Source: a bacterium
Lineage (GTDB): Bacteria > Eisenbacteria > RBG-16-71-46
Reading direction: 5' to 3'
Assembly (NCBI GenBank): GCA_043779265.1
Contig: JAYWEM010000159.1
Span: forward strand, 1 to 58,653
DNA length: 58,653 bases
Shown here: piece by piece, positions 1-10,498 of the stretch
Layout of the letters: every line of letters begins with the position of its first letter
How positions within the stretch are numbered: the stretch's first letter is position 1
Notes under the pieces: model-generated
What the model was told of the DNA's origin: nothing
Database searches by the model: none
The model's input: the letters and a program-made list of their open reading frames with translations, nothing else
Program-made: the position numbers and the translations under genes

Positions 1-2343
1 AGTCGCCACGATCTCGGGCGCGAGGCTTTCCTCGACGAAGTGCGGAAGTGGAAGGACGAATACGGTGGCCTGATCTTCCGTCAGGAGCGCCGCCTCGGCA
101 CGACGCCCGACTGGACGCGCGAACGTTTCACGCTCGACGAAGGTTACTCGCGGGCGGTGCTCCACTCCTTCAAGGCGCTCTACGATCAGGGCCTCGTCTA
201 TCGCGGCCGCTACATCGTCAACTGGTGCCCACGCTGTCGGACGGCGCTCTCGGACGAGGAAGTGGATCACAAGGAGAGTCAGGGCTCGTTGTGGCATATC
301 CGCTATCCGATCAAGGACACGGACAAGCACATCGTGGTCGCCACGACGCGTCCCGAGACGATGCTCGGCGACACCGCCGTCGCCGTGAGTCCCAAGGACA
401 CGCGCTACAAGAAGTGGCTGGGGCGTTCCGCCGTCCTGCCCTTGCTCCGTCGCGAAATCCCGATCGTCGCCGACACGATGGTGGATCCCAAGTTCGGAAC
501 CGGCGCCGTCAAGGTGACGCCGGCGCACGACCCCAACGACTTCCAGACCGGCAAGCGCCATGGCCTGCCCGAAATCGTCGTCATGGACGAGGCCGGTGTC
601 ATGAACGAGAACGCCGGCGACTTCCGCGGGCTCGATCGATTCGAAGCGCGCAAGCGCATCGTCGCGGCGCTGCAGGATGCCGGCTATCTCGAGAAGGTCG
701 AGCCGCACACGCACAGCGTGGGGCGCTGCTCGCGCTGCGATGCGGTGATCGAGCCCTACCTGAGCTGGCAGTGGTTCGTGAAGATGGCGCCGCTCGCCGC
801 ACAGGCGATCGAGGCGGCCAAGCGCGGCAAGGTGAAGATGTTCCCGGCCAAGTGGAAGAAGGTGTACCTCCACTGGCTCGAGAACATCCGCGATTGGTGC
901 ATCTCGCGGCAGCTGTGGTGGGGGCATCGGATCCCGGTGTGGTATCGAGGCGAGGAGATGGTGGTCTCGCTCGAGTGCCCGGAGGGGGAGGGCTGGACCC
1001 AGGACGAGGATGTGCTCGACACCTGGTTCAGTTCGTGGCTGTGGCCGTTCGCCACGCTCGGCTGGCCGGAGAAGACGGCGGACCTCGCTCGCTTCTACCC
1101 GAACAGTCTGATGGTCACGGGTAGCGACATCATCTTCTTCTGGGTCGCTCGCATGGTCATGGCCGGTTATCACTTCACCGGCGAGGCGCCGTTCTCGCAC
1201 GTCTACTTCACGAGCATCGTGCGTGATGCGCAGGGTCGGAAGATGTCGAAGTCGCTCGGCAACTCGCCGGACCCGCTCGCGATGATCGACCAGTACGGTG
1301 CGGACGCGGTGCGCTTCACGATGATCCAGACACCGACCGGCCAGGACCTGCTGTTCGAGGAGAAGCGACTCGAGTCGGGCAAGTTCTTCGCCAACAAGCT
1401 GTGGAACGCGACGAAGCTCGTCCAGATGCGATTGGGTGATGAGGACCTGTCCAAGGTGAGGGAGTCGCATCTCTCACTGTCACTCCCCGATCGCTGGATC
1501 CTGTCGCGACTGACCAACACCGTGAAGGACGTCACGCGCAATCTGAAGACGTATCGCTTCGCCGAAGCCGCGCAGACGGCCTATCACTTCGCCTGGAACG
1601 AATACTGCGATTGGTATCTGGAGATGGCCAAGCCGCGTTGGGCGCTCGCCGACAAGGGCGATGCGATCACGCCGGAGGAGCGCACGGAACTGCGCACGGT
1701 GCGCTGGGTGTCCTGGCATGTGCTGGATGGCATCCTCCGCCTGCTCCATCCGTTCATGCCCTACGTCACCGAGGAGTTGTGGCAGGCGCTCCCGCATGAG
1801 GGCGACACGCTCGCCCTGGCATCGTGGCCGCGCGCCCGCAAGGCGCGCGTCGACGCGGTGGCGGAGCGCGAGATCGAACTGCTGCAGCACTTCGTCGTGG
1901 CCATTCGCAATCTGCGTGCCGAGTCGAAGATCAATCCCGGCAAGTCGGTGCGTGTGATGATCCGCTGCGAGGCGGAGCAGCTCGAGCGGTTGAGCCGACT
2001 CGAGGCCTTCATGAAGTCGCTTGCCCGGATCGAGACGCTCGAGCTGACACGCGATGGCGCGCGGCCGGCAGTCGCGGCCTCTGCGGTGGTCGAAGGGGCC
2101 GAGGTGTTCCTGCCGCTGGAGGGGCTCATCGATCTCGACGACGAGCGGGCTCGTCTCTCACGCGAGGCCGAGAGGCTGCTCGGCGAACTCGAGGGCGTGA
2201 AGAAGAAGCTCCGCAACCAGGACTTCCTGGCCAAGGCCAAGCCCGAGATCGTCGGGCGCGAGAAGGAGCGTCTCGCCGAACTCGAGGGAGCATCGGCCAA
2301 GCTCAAGCGGGCGATGGAGAGCCTGAGTGTGAAGTCCGACTGA
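1..2343 (+). CDS. valS: Valine--tRNA ligase (5' end truncated by window)
   Basis: ATTRPETMLGD, GTGAVKVTPAHD, DWCISRQLWWGH, DVLDTWFSS and KMSKS motifs, plus C-terminal coiled-coil arm. The HIGH motif lies upstream of the window. Confidence 0.97.
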   Translation, partial: SRHDLGREAFLDEVRKWKDEYGGLIFRQERRLGTTPDWTRERFTLDEGYSRAVLHSFKALYDQGLVYRGRYIVNWCPRCRTALSDEEVDHKESQGSLWHIRYPIKDTDKHIVVATTRPETMLGDTAVAVSPKDTRYKKWLGRSAVLPLLRREIPIVADTMVDPKFGTGAVKVTPAHDPNDFQTGKRHGLPEIVVMDEAGVMNENAGDFRGLDRFEARKRIVAALQDAGYLEKVEPHTHSVGRCSRCDAVIEPYLSWQWFVKMAPLAAQAIEAAKRGKVKMFPAKWKKVYLHWLENIRDWCISRQLWWGHRIPVWYRGEEMVVSLECPEGEGWTQDEDVLDTWFSSWLWPFATLGWPEKTADLARFYPNSLMVTGSDIIFFWVARMVMAGYHFTGEAPFSHVYFTSIVRDAQGRKMSKSLGNSPDPLAMIDQYGADAVRFTMIQTPTGQDLLFEEKRLESGKFFANKLWNATKLVQMRLGDEDLSKVRESHLSLSLPDRWILSRLTNTVKDVTRNLKTYRFAEAAQTAYHFAWNEYCDWYLEMAKPRWALADKGDAITPEERTELRTVRWVSWHVLDGILRLLHPFMPYVTEELWQALPHEGDTLALASWPRARKARVDAVAEREIELLQHFVVAIRNLRAESKINPGKSVRVMIRCEAEQLERLSRLEAFMKSLARIETLELTRDGARPAVAASAVVEGAEVFLPLEGLIDLDDERARLSREAERLLGELEGVKKKLRNQDFLAKAKPEIVGREKERLAELEGASAKLKRAMESLSVKSD

Positions 2344-2356
2344 GCCCGAGCGCGGT

Positions 2357-3937
2357 TCAGCGGCTGGTCGAGGAGTCCGGGTCCGCCGGGTCGAGCCGCA
2401 GGTAGCGCTGACCGCGCACCGATCCACTCGCTGAGTCCCATCGCCGGGTTTCGACCAGGGTGCGGCCCTCGGACGCGACGTACTCAGCGCGCCGGGCGAC
2501 TTCGCGTCGCACCTCGCTGTTGGCACTGCGCACCAGTACCCAGACCTCGGTGTAGTGGGCGGAGACCTTGCGAGCCTCGGCCTCGAGTTCGTCGAGTTCG
2601 GCCGGAGTGAAAGCTGCGGCGAAGGGCTGATCCGGATGCCCGACCTCGTGGATCTCGACCGGGTGCGGATCGTGGCGCACGTAGTACGCGAACGGATCGG
2701 CATCGTAGGCGACGAGTGCGAGACTCTGCTGCGGCAGTGCGAGCGACTCCACATGCGCCACGGCTTCGCGCCAGGGCTCCTTCGTGTAGTCCGCTCGGTA
2801 GCGCGCGAGCCCGAGCAGGGAGGTTGCGAGGACGAGTCCACCCAGCGCCAGCCGCAGGGGCTTCACGCCGCGCAGTTCCGCCAGCGAGAGCGCCAGCAGG
2901 ACGGCGATGTAGGGCGTGGCGAACACGAAGTAGCGGGGAAGGAAGAGCGGCTTCTGGAACGAGACCGCGAACACCAGCACGATCGGCACGACCCATGCGG
3001 CCCACGCCACGCGCGACAGGTGCCCGCGCCCACCCTGCCGCAGCATCAGAGGCAGCGTGAAGAGGAGCAGGAGCATCGCGGGAAGGGCGACGAGCCCCCA
3101 GGCGATCGGCCTCGGCATCCACTGATCGAGGCCCGGGAGCGGCGATCCGGGGAGCGGCGTGACGATGGAGAGAGGCGTCACCAGCACGGCGCGCAGCACC
3201 TTGAACACGCCGAGCGCATCCGGTTCATCGATGTACCAATGGCTGCTGGCCAGTTGCGCCGAGACCTCGCGCGAGGCCCAGGCCCACGGCAGGTAGAGGA
3301 GCACCGCCGCGACGAGCGCCAGTACCCAGGGCCAGAGGCGGCGGCGATGGCGCGCCGAGGAGATCGCGATCAGCCCGTGGGCCGGCACCGCCAGGAGTGC
3401 GAGGCTCTGCGTCCACAGTCCGAGCGCCATCGCCGCCGCATACGCGGGCCAGGCGCGGTTGCGGTCCGAGGCGATGCCGCGGGCGAACAGGTAGGTGGCC
3501 CACACGCCGAACAGCGCCACCGTCATGTAGGTACGGGCTTCCTGCGCGTACATGATCTGGAACGGGGAGATGGCCACGAGCAGCGCGGCGAACGCGCTGG
3601 AGCCGCGCGGGAGTCCGAGGCGCGCGAGTCGGTAGGTGAGCCACACGAGGCCGAGTGAGGCGAGCATCGGCACGAGCCGGAGCATGGTCTCGCCGTCCCC
3701 TCGTGAGATGGCGGCCTTGGTGAGGAGGTAGTGCAGTGGCGGGCTCGCATCGCGATGGATGCAGCGCTGGATCAGCTCGGCGAACGGGAGAGAGGCCGCC
3801 GTCCAGGTGGACGCCTCGTCCGTCCACAGACTGCGCCGACCGAGGTCGATGCCGCGGGTGATCGTGGCCACCAGGAGCACCAGCGGGAATGCCCACTTGG
3901 GTCCATCGCTCCGGCTGGCGGGGATCCAGGCGCCCAT
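2357..3937 (-). CDS. Membrane glycosyltransferase, GT-C fold (PMT/ArnT-like)
   Basis: Multi-TM protein with SLWTDE first-loop acidic motif, PPLHY, SPFQIMYAQEARTY and PRYF. Confidence 0.8.
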   Translation of the reverse strand: MGAWIPASRSDGPKWAFPLVLLVATITRGIDLGRRSLWTDEASTWTAASLPFAELIQRCIHRDASPPLHYLLTKAAISRGDGETMLRLVPMLASLGLVWLTYRLARLGLPRGSSAFAALLVAISPFQIMYAQEARTYMTVALFGVWATYLFARGIASDRNRAWPAYAAAMALGLWTQSLALLAVPAHGLIAISSARHRRRLWPWVLALVAAVLLYLPWAWASREVSAQLASSHWYIDEPDALGVFKVLRAVLVTPLSIVTPLPGSPLPGLDQWMPRPIAWGLVALPAMLLLLFTLPLMLRQGGRGHLSRVAWAAWVVPIVLVFAVSFQKPLFLPRYFVFATPYIAVLLALSLAELRGVKPLRLALGGLVLATSLLGLARYRADYTKEPWREAVAHVESLALPQQSLALVAYDADPFAYYVRHDPHPVEIHEVGHPDQPFAAAFTPAELDELEAEARKVSAHYTEVWVLVRSANSEVRREVARRAEYVASEGRTLVETRRWDSASGSVRGQRYLRLDPADPDSSTSR

Positions 3938-5013
3938 CAGGAAGCCGCGAGCAGCGCGTCCAGGATGCGATGGGCCGCGCGCCCGTCCCCGTAGGGGTTG
4001 GCCCAGCCCCCGCGGCGCGTGTGCATCGCGCGCGCCGCTGCGACGATCCGTTCCGCATCAGCCCCGGCGAGTTGGTTCGCACCGGCCTCGACCGATTCGG
4101 GCCGCTCCGTGTTGTCCCGCAGTGTCACGCAGGGAACGCCGAGGGCACACGCCTCTTCCTGCAGTCCGCCCGAGTCCGACAGCGTGATCGCCGCCTGCGC
4201 ATGCAGCCCGAGGAAGTCGAGATAGGGCAGTGGCGGCAGCACACGCACTCCCGCTCCGAACTCGAGGCCCCGCTCGGCCATGACCTTGGTGGTTCGCGGG
4301 TGCAGGGCGCAGAGCACTTCGATGTTCAGCGCCTCGGCTGCACCGGAGAGTCCCGTGAGGATGCCCTCGAGCCGATCGGCGCGGTCGGTGTTCTCGGCCC
4401 GGTGGATGGTCGCGAGCGCGTAGCGGCGCGGCTCGACGCCGAAGCGAGCCGGCACGCCTCTCGCCTCCGCGCGCGGGCGCTGGTGCAGCAGCTCGTCCAC
4501 CACGGTGTTGCCGGTGACGAAGATGCGCTCGGCCGGCAGGCGCTCCTGCAGCAGGCGTTCGCGCGAGTGCTCGGTCGGCGCGTAGAGATGATCGGAGATT
4601 TGATCCGTGAGGATGCGATTGACCTCCTCGGGCATCGTGCGGTCGTCGCTTCGGAGTCCGGCCTCGACGTGACCGACGCGGATCCCGAGCTTGTGCGCGC
4701 ACAGGCCCGCGGCGAGCACGGAGTTGGTGTCGCCCTCGACCAGCACCCAATCGGGGCGGTCGCGTTCGTAGATCGGGATCAGCCCGCTGACGATCGCGCC
4801 GATCTGGTAGGCCTGCGTCCCCGATCCGACCGCGAGGTTCTCATGCGGGGTGGGGAGTCCGAGTTCCTCGAAGAAGACGCCATCCATCTCGTACGAGTAG
4901 TGCTGCCCCGTGTGTAGGAGTCGGAACGGGACGCTGCGCTCGGTGCAGGCGCGGACGAGCGGCGCCATCTTGATGATCTCGGGCCGCGTGCCGACGATGA
5001 TCGCGAGCGTCAC
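3937..5013 (-). CDS. wecB: UDP-N-acetylglucosamine 2-epimerase (non-hydrolysing)
   Basis: GTRPEIIKMAP, HTGQHY, GDT, HVEAGLRS, PEEVNR, SDSGGLQEEA, TERPE and NPYGDG. GTG start overlaps the upstream stop (GTGA). Confidence 0.95.
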   Translation of the reverse strand: MTLAIIVGTRPEIIKMAPLVRACTERSVPFRLLHTGQHYSYEMDGVFFEELGLPTPHENLAVGSGTQAYQIGAIVSGLIPIYERDRPDWVLVEGDTNSVLAAGLCAHKLGIRVGHVEAGLRSDDRTMPEEVNRILTDQISDHLYAPTEHSRERLLQERLPAERIFVTGNTVVDELLHQRPRAEARGVPARFGVEPRRYALATIHRAENTDRADRLEGILTGLSGAAEALNIEVLCALHPRTTKVMAERGLEFGAGVRVLPPLPYLDFLGLHAQAAITLSDSGGLQEEACALGVPCVTLRDNTERPESVEAGANQLAGADAERIVAAARAMHTRRGGWANPYGDGRAAHRILDALLAAS

Positions 5014-5822
5014 TTGCCGCCCTTTCGCGCCGCCGCGGCTTCGAGCGCGGCCACCTGGTGCGGACGGTAGCGCTGCATTCGTTCGATCCGCCGGCGCACG
5101 AGCAGCGTCAGCGTGCTGCGGATCGTCTGCATGACCTTCATCTTGCTCTGGCCGACGCGCCCGCCGTAATCGAGCACGAAGCCCAATTCGCGAACGCGGA
5201 CGCCCAGCGGTCCGAGTCGGAGGAGAAGATCCATCACCGCCTCGAACCCGCGTGCATTGCACAGCTGGTCGCCGTACACGGCGCGCGCACGCCGCAGGAT
5301 CGGGATGCGATAGGCGCGGAAGCAGCACGTGTAGTCCTTCACGCCCGGAATGGGATAGATCGTCGAGAACAGCACGCTGGCGACATCGCTCAGCGCACGG
5401 CGATAGCCGGGAACGCCATGGACCTCGGCGCCGCTGCGGTAGCGCGACGCGATGCTCAGATCGGCGCCTTCGCGGACCAGTCGGACGAGGTCGGGGATGA
5501 GCGCTGGCGGATGCGTGTTGTCGGCATCGAGTGTGACCAGGATATCGTCGTCCGCGGCCCGATCGAGCACCCAGTAGATGCCGGTGCGCAGCCCGGCCCC
5601 GAGCCCCATGTTCTTCTCGTGTGAGAGCACGGTGAGCGGGAGCGTGCCGCCGGATTCGAGCACTGCCGCGTTGGCCTCGTCGATCGTTCGGTCCGTCGAG
5701 CCATCGTCGACGAGAACCGCCATGTAGGGCTCGCCGTGTTCGCGGTAGGCCTGCCACAGCGCGAGCAGAGTCGGTCGGATGACCAACTCCTCGTTCCATG
5801 CCGGGAAGATGACCCAGATCAC
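5010..5822 (-). CDS. GT2 polyprenol-phosphate glycosyltransferase (DPM1/ArnC-like, no TM tail)
   Basis: IFPAWNE, VDDGSTD, NMGLG, LDADNTH, ASRY and DYTCCFRAY. GTG start overlaps the upstream stop. Confidence 0.85.
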   Translation of the reverse strand: MIWVIFPAWNEELVIRPTLLALWQAYREHGEPYMAVLVDDGSTDRTIDEANAAVLESGGTLPLTVLSHEKNMGLGAGLRTGIYWVLDRAADDDILVTLDADNTHPPALIPDLVRLVREGADLSIASRYRSGAEVHGVPGYRRALSDVASVLFSTIYPIPGVKDYTCCFRAYRIPILRRARAVYGDQLCNARGFEAVMDLLLRLGPLGVRVRELGFVLDYGGRVGQSKMKVMQTIRSTLTLLVRRRIERMQRYRPHQVAALEAAAARKGGK

Positions 5823-7135
5823 GGGACGGACTCCTGGCGGGTGAGGCCGAGGTCCGCGTGGATCTGCGGGAGCATCTCGTCGACCACGGCGCAACACGAG
5901 TTCCACGAGTTCACGCGCGGGTAGACCTGTGCCGTGCAGGCGAGGTACAGCCGACCCGGGATGACGCGCGTGGGGGGCATCTTCCTCGCGTAGCCGGTGG
6001 TCCAGATGGGTTCGACGAAGGGCGCGCGGAAGACGAAGGTCTCGCGCACGCTCGCCGCGACCTCCGGGAACAGCCGCTTCAGATCGGCCCCATGAATGGC
6101 GAGGATCTGCTCGTCGCTCATGCGGAACAGCGGAGTGTCGCGGTGCGTGTAGTTGACGAGATAGTTGACGTGCAGTCCCTGCGAGCGAGGCAGCGGCACG
6201 AGGTTGCTCATCTCGATGACGCCCTGTGCCGTCGCGCCGGAGTCCACCCACGGCATCCAGTAGTAGGACGTGAGCGGCTTCTCGGTCAGGAAGATGCTGC
6301 TGACGACACCCTGATAGTCGAGTTGGAGATCGCGCACGGCAGCGGGCACCGGCATCGCCTGCGTGAGCTTCTGGAACGCGACGAGCGGCAGCGTGCACAC
6401 CACCGAGTCGAATCGCGGCCGCGAGCCATCGGGCAGCGCCACCTGCACGCTGTCGCCTTCCATCGCGATCGATTCCACCCGCGTGTTCAAGTGGATCGTC
6501 GCGCCGCGCCGGCGCAGCTCGTTCGCGAATGCATCGATGAGCGAGCGATAGCCGCGCGCAAGACAGCCCTTGCGCTCGGGGCCGCTCGTCTTCTCGCGGT
6601 TCATGCGGCTCGACAACCAGAGTGCGGGCAGGGCGGCGTAGTGATCCCCGATCTTGGCGGAGAGCAGCGGCTTCCACAGCACCTCGAAGCAGCGGTCCCC
6701 GACGAGACCGCGCACCCACTCCTCAGCGGTGATGTCGTCGAGCTTGGGGCTGAGTCCCTGATGCCGTGCGCGAAGCCCGAGCAGCCCCATGCGCAGGCGC
6801 TCGAAGAGCGTGAGCGGCCCGAACGTGAGCAGGTCCTTGGGCGTGTTCATGGGCCAGATACGCTCCTGGTACATGAATCCCATCTGCGTCTCGCGCCAGA
6901 GCAGTTCCGAACCGAGCCCGAGTTCATGGATCCGCGGCAGCAGGGCGTGATCGTCCGGCAAGATGCAGTGGTAGAAGCGCTCGAGATGAGTGTCGCGCCA
7001 GGGGAACGTCGTCCCGAGCCCGCCCAGATCCCCATCGGCCTCGAAGAGCGTGACGCGCACGCCGGCGCCACTGAGCGCGAGTGCGGTGGCGAGACCGGTG
7101 ATGCCACCCCCCAGGACGGCGATGTGCTTGCTCAT
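5819..7135 (-). CDS. FAD-dependent oxidoreductase (amine oxidase/protoporphyrinogen oxidase-like family)
   Basis: N-terminal GGGITG Rossmann motif, EADGDLGGL and ERFYH. Substrate unknown. Confidence 0.8.
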   Translation of the reverse strand: MSKHIAVLGGGITGLATALALSGAGVRVTLFEADGDLGGLGTTFPWRDTHLERFYHCILPDDHALLPRIHELGLGSELLWRETQMGFMYQERIWPMNTPKDLLTFGPLTLFERLRMGLLGLRARHQGLSPKLDDITAEEWVRGLVGDRCFEVLWKPLLSAKIGDHYAALPALWLSSRMNREKTSGPERKGCLARGYRSLIDAFANELRRRGATIHLNTRVESIAMEGDSVQVALPDGSRPRFDSVVCTLPLVAFQKLTQAMPVPAAVRDLQLDYQGVVSSIFLTEKPLTSYYWMPWVDSGATAQGVIEMSNLVPLPRSQGLHVNYLVNYTHRDTPLFRMSDEQILAIHGADLKRLFPEVAASVRETFVFRAPFVEPIWTTGYARKMPPTRVIPGRLYLACTAQVYPRVNSWNSCCAVVDEMLPQIHADLGLTRQESVP

Positions 7136-7403
7136 GCGGGTGGGGCCTCGGCTGGGAGAGTGGAGACGCGCCGTTCACGAGAGGATCGCCAGCGGCTTCG
7201 TGGGTATCGGGTTATCGGCTCGCACACCCCGGGCATGAACCTTCTCGCGCGCGGGGACCAGTCGCGTGCATGGGCCCCGGGGGGACGGGCGCAGGGAGGT
7301 TAGGCCGGGCCTGTCAGGCTGTCCAACGAGAAGGGATGTATCATGTTGGCGCTTTCGCACGCCGATGACCCTTGGAATCGTCCTTGGGAGCCCTGGCCGC
7401 CGG

Positions 7404-8948
7404 ATGAATGAGAGAATCGAAACCTCCCCACGCCGAGCCCTTCTGATCGCAGCGCCGGTCTTCGCGCTCGCGCTGCTGCTCGCTTTCCTCCTCCGGATGC
7501 CCCACCTCCGGGGCCCGCTCGATGACCCGCACTCGTGGCGCCAGTGCGAGACGAGCGAGGTCACGCGGGGATTCGTGCGAGGTGGCATCGATCTGCTGGC
7601 TCCCCAGGTGAGTTGGCTCGGCGCCCACCGCACGCTGGTCTTCGAGTTCCCACTCCCGGAGGCGATGGCCGCGGCGATCGGCCGATCGGCCGGATTCGAT
7701 CCGCTCTGGGATCGTCTCGTGGCCCTCGGCTTCACCGTGATCGCGACGTTCTACCTGTTCCTGGCCACGCGCGAGATCGCGGGTCCCGATGTCGCGAGAG
7801 TCGCGACCGTACTGTTCGCTTTCGTACCGCTGCTCCAGTTCTATTCGCGCGCGGCCCATGTGGATCCGTGTGCGCTCGCCGGGGCGCATGGGCTCCTCTT
7901 TCACGCGCTGCGTGCCGCCCGCGGTGGGGGAGCGACGCACATGATCGCCGGAGCGGTGATGGGCTCCATGGCGGCGATGGTCAAGGGTCCGTACCTCGCT
8001 CCCGTGCTCGGCCCTCTGGTGTTCCTGCTCGCGCGAGGGGACTCGCGTGGCCGGTTGGCCGGCGCACTCCCGGTGGTGATCAGCGCCATCGTGTTCATCG
8101 CCTGGCGCCGTCAGGTGAGTGCCATCAACTCGCTCGCGCCCGATTGGAGTTGGCTGCCCGGGTACTACAAGGAGGTGGATCCCTGGTGGTGGTACGTCGG
8201 GGCCTGGGCGGACCGGTTCGATCCGGGGGCCTGGCGCACGCTGGCTCAGCGCCTGACGCTCGAGGTGGCGACCCCGCTGGGCGCGCTCGTCGGATTGATC
8301 GCCCTCGTGCGCCGTCCGCTGCCGGGCACGCCGCCCGGTGCGCGCGCGGCTCTGGTGTTCTGGCTGCTGGCGACGGCGGCCTACCTGCTGGTCTTCTTCC
8401 CACTCAACGTGCGGCACAACTACTATCAGTTACCATTCGCCGCGCCGGTCGCGGTGGCCATGGGTCTTGGGATCGTCGCCGTGGCGGGGGAATCGCAGGG
8501 GCGGCGACGCTGGCTGGCGAAGGCCCTGTGTCTCGCTGTGATCGCACTCGCCTGCGTGATGCCGGCGAGGCGGGGCTACTACCGGATCGATGAGGTGCGC
8601 GTGCGTGCAGGGGAGGTGCTCGACCGCTCGATTCCCCGAGGTGCACTGATCATCGCGGTCGACCGCGGCAGTGAGTTCACCGACCCGCGGCTGCTGCATC
8701 GCGCCGATCGCCACGGCTGGGCCGTGAAGCCCGAGGACATCACCGAGTCCCTGCTCGAGCGGCTGAGGGCGGAGGGTGCGACTCACATCGGCTGGGTCTC
8801 CGAACCGGGCTCGGATCGACTGATCCCGCCCGCTTTCCTCGCGTCCCGCGAATCGGTTCGCGAAGCGCTGTTCTCGCACGAGGCGGGGAAGCAGCGATTG
8901 CTGGCCGAAGTGCATGTCTTCACACTCGTGGCGTCGGAGCAGCCATGA
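7404..8948 (+). CDS. Membrane glycosyltransferase, GT-C fold (ArnT/PMT-like)
   Basis: HSWRQCET, EFPL, FYSRA, VKGPY and HNYYQLP in a multi-TM protein. Start uncertain (7266, 7365 or 7404). Confidence 0.75.
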   Translation: MNERIETSPRRALLIAAPVFALALLLAFLLRMPHLRGPLDDPHSWRQCETSEVTRGFVRGGIDLLAPQVSWLGAHRTLVFEFPLPEAMAAAIGRSAGFDPLWDRLVALGFTVIATFYLFLATREIAGPDVARVATVLFAFVPLLQFYSRAAHVDPCALAGAHGLLFHALRAARGGGATHMIAGAVMGSMAAMVKGPYLAPVLGPLVFLLARGDSRGRLAGALPVVISAIVFIAWRRQVSAINSLAPDWSWLPGYYKEVDPWWWYVGAWADRFDPGAWRTLAQRLTLEVATPLGALVGLIALVRRPLPGTPPGARAALVFWLLATAAYLLVFFPLNVRHNYYQLPFAAPVAVAMGLGIVAVAGESQGRRRWLAKALCLAVIALACVMPARRGYYRIDEVRVRAGEVLDRSIPRGALIIAVDRGSEFTDPRLLHRADRHGWAVKPEDITESLLERLRAEGATHIGWVSEPGSDRLIPPAFLASRESVREALFSHEAGKQRLLAEVHVFTLVASEQP

Positions 8949-10498
8949 GCCGATTCCTCTCGGCGATCCTCGTGGGTGCGCTGGCGCTGATGGGCGTGGG
9001 GACGTTCGTCGGTCTTGCGGTGCAGCGGATCCCCTATCCGCTCGAGATCGATTGCATCGAGGGTGTGATGATGGATCACATCACGCGACTCGCGAACGAT
9101 CAGCCCATCTTCGTGGAGCCGACCCTCCAGTTCATCCCGCTCGCCTACATGCCGGGTTTCGCCGCCGTGAGTTCACTCGTCACGCGCTTCTCCGCCGAGC
9201 CGGCGTTCTGGCAGCCTCGAATGGTCTCCTTCGTCGCATCCCTGCTGCTGATGCTGCTCATCGCGTTCATCGTTCGCCGTGAGACGGGACGATCCCTGTT
9301 CGCGCTGGGAGCTGCCGGGCTCTTCGCACTCGGTTTCGGGTTCACGGGCGCCTCCTACGATGTCGCGCGTCCCGACGCGCTCATGCTGTTGCTCGCGTTC
9401 TCCGGACTGGCCGCGCTCCGCCTGGAGCGGCGTCGCCGAGGAGCCGTGGCAGCGGGCGTTCTCCTGACGCTCGCGTTCTTCACCAAGCAACATGCGGCTC
9501 TCTTCATCCTCGGCGCGATCGGTCATCTGGCGATGCAGGATCGGCGTCGCCTGCCGGCGTTCGCGCTGACCGCTTTGCTCGGATGCGGTGGCGGCTACGC
9601 TCTGCTCAGTGCCTGGCTCGGCAGTTGGTTCGGCGTCTTCACATGGTCGATTCCGAAGGGCTGGTCGCAGTTCGAGCTCGGCCGTATCCAGCAGTACCTG
9701 GGAGACGGCTTGTTCGGGGCGATCGGGCCGCTCTCGGTGGCCGTGCTGCTGACACTCGGCTCGAAGCACCGCCCGTGGTCGGGGGCCCCGGGACTGTGGA
9801 GCTGGACGGCGTTCGCCGCGGTGGGCACGGGTCTCATGGCCACGCTGGATGCGAATGCCTATCGGCATCTGTTCACACCGACACTCGTCGCGTTCACGAT
9901 CGCAGGGCCGATCGCGCTGCACTCGCTCATCCGGGACCTCAGCGCTGGCGGGGAGGGGCGGCAGTCCCTCGCGGAACTCGCGGCGACGCTCGTTCTGGCC
10001 GCCTCTTTCATACCACTGCTCTATCCGACCCACATCCAGTTGCCGCACGCGCGCGCGCTCGAGGCCCATCATGAACTGGTGGCCCGGCTCGAAGTCATGA
10101 AGGGCGATGTGTTGATGCCCTACCACGGCTGGTATGCACAGCATTCGGGCCACGCGACATCGCTCCAGATCATCGCCCTCGACGACATCGAACGTTCGAA
10201 GGGCAATGAGATCCTCCGCCGCGATCCCGAGTTCCTGCGTCGCATGTTCCAGCCGCTCCGCTCCGGCCCGGGCCGGCCGATGATCCTGACCGATCGGCCG
10301 CTCGAGGAGAGCGGAGACCTCTGGGCTTCCATCGCCCCCGGCTACCGGCTGGTCGACTCGCTCGGGTGGATGCGCGTGGCTCTGACACCGATCACCGGCA
10401 ATCAATTCGGTCCCAATCTGATCTATGCCCCGTCGGAGGCGGTCAGCGACCCGGATTCGACCGCCATGAAGCTGCCACCGGGAGCGTCGAGTCGATGA
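8945..10498 (+). CDS. Membrane glycosyltransferase-like protein, GT-C fold
   Basis: PYPLEIDCIEG, YMPG, ARPDAL and FFTKQ in a multi-TM protein. ATGA-coupled to the upstream gene. Confidence 0.7.
   Translation: MSRFLSAILVGALALMGVGTFVGLAVQRIPYPLEIDCIEGVMMDHITRLANDQPIFVEPTLQFIPLAYMPGFAAVSSLVTRFSAEPAFWQPRMVSFVASLLLMLLIAFIVRRETGRSLFALGAAGLFALGFGFTGASYDVARPDALMLLLAFSGLAALRLERRRRGAVAAGVLLTLAFFTKQHAALFILGAIGHLAMQDRRRLPAFALTALLGCGGGYALLSAWLGSWFGVFTWSIPKGWSQFELGRIQQYLGDGLFGAIGPLSVAVLLTLGSKHRPWSGAPGLWSWTAFAAVGTGLMATLDANAYRHLFTPTLVAFTIAGPIALHSLIRDLSAGGEGRQSLAELAATLVLAASFIPLLYPTHIQLPHARALEAHHELVARLEVMKGDVLMPYHGWYAQHSGHATSLQIIALDDIERSKGNEILRRDPEFLRRMFQPLRSGPGRPMILTDRPLEESGDLWASIAPGYRLVDSLGWMRVALTPITGNQFGPNLIYAPSEAVSDPDSTAMKLPPGASSR

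Noticed and set aside
3937..6719. Long N-terminal extensions in the ORF track (wecB 620 aa, GT2 569 aa; likewise birA, dapD, folB, HIT, regulator, sdhA, sdhB)
   Set aside because: The extensions overlap upstream genes and read as off-frame Arg/Pro/Ala-rich sequence. True starts sit at stop-start overlaps or after clear RBSs, so these are not fusions.
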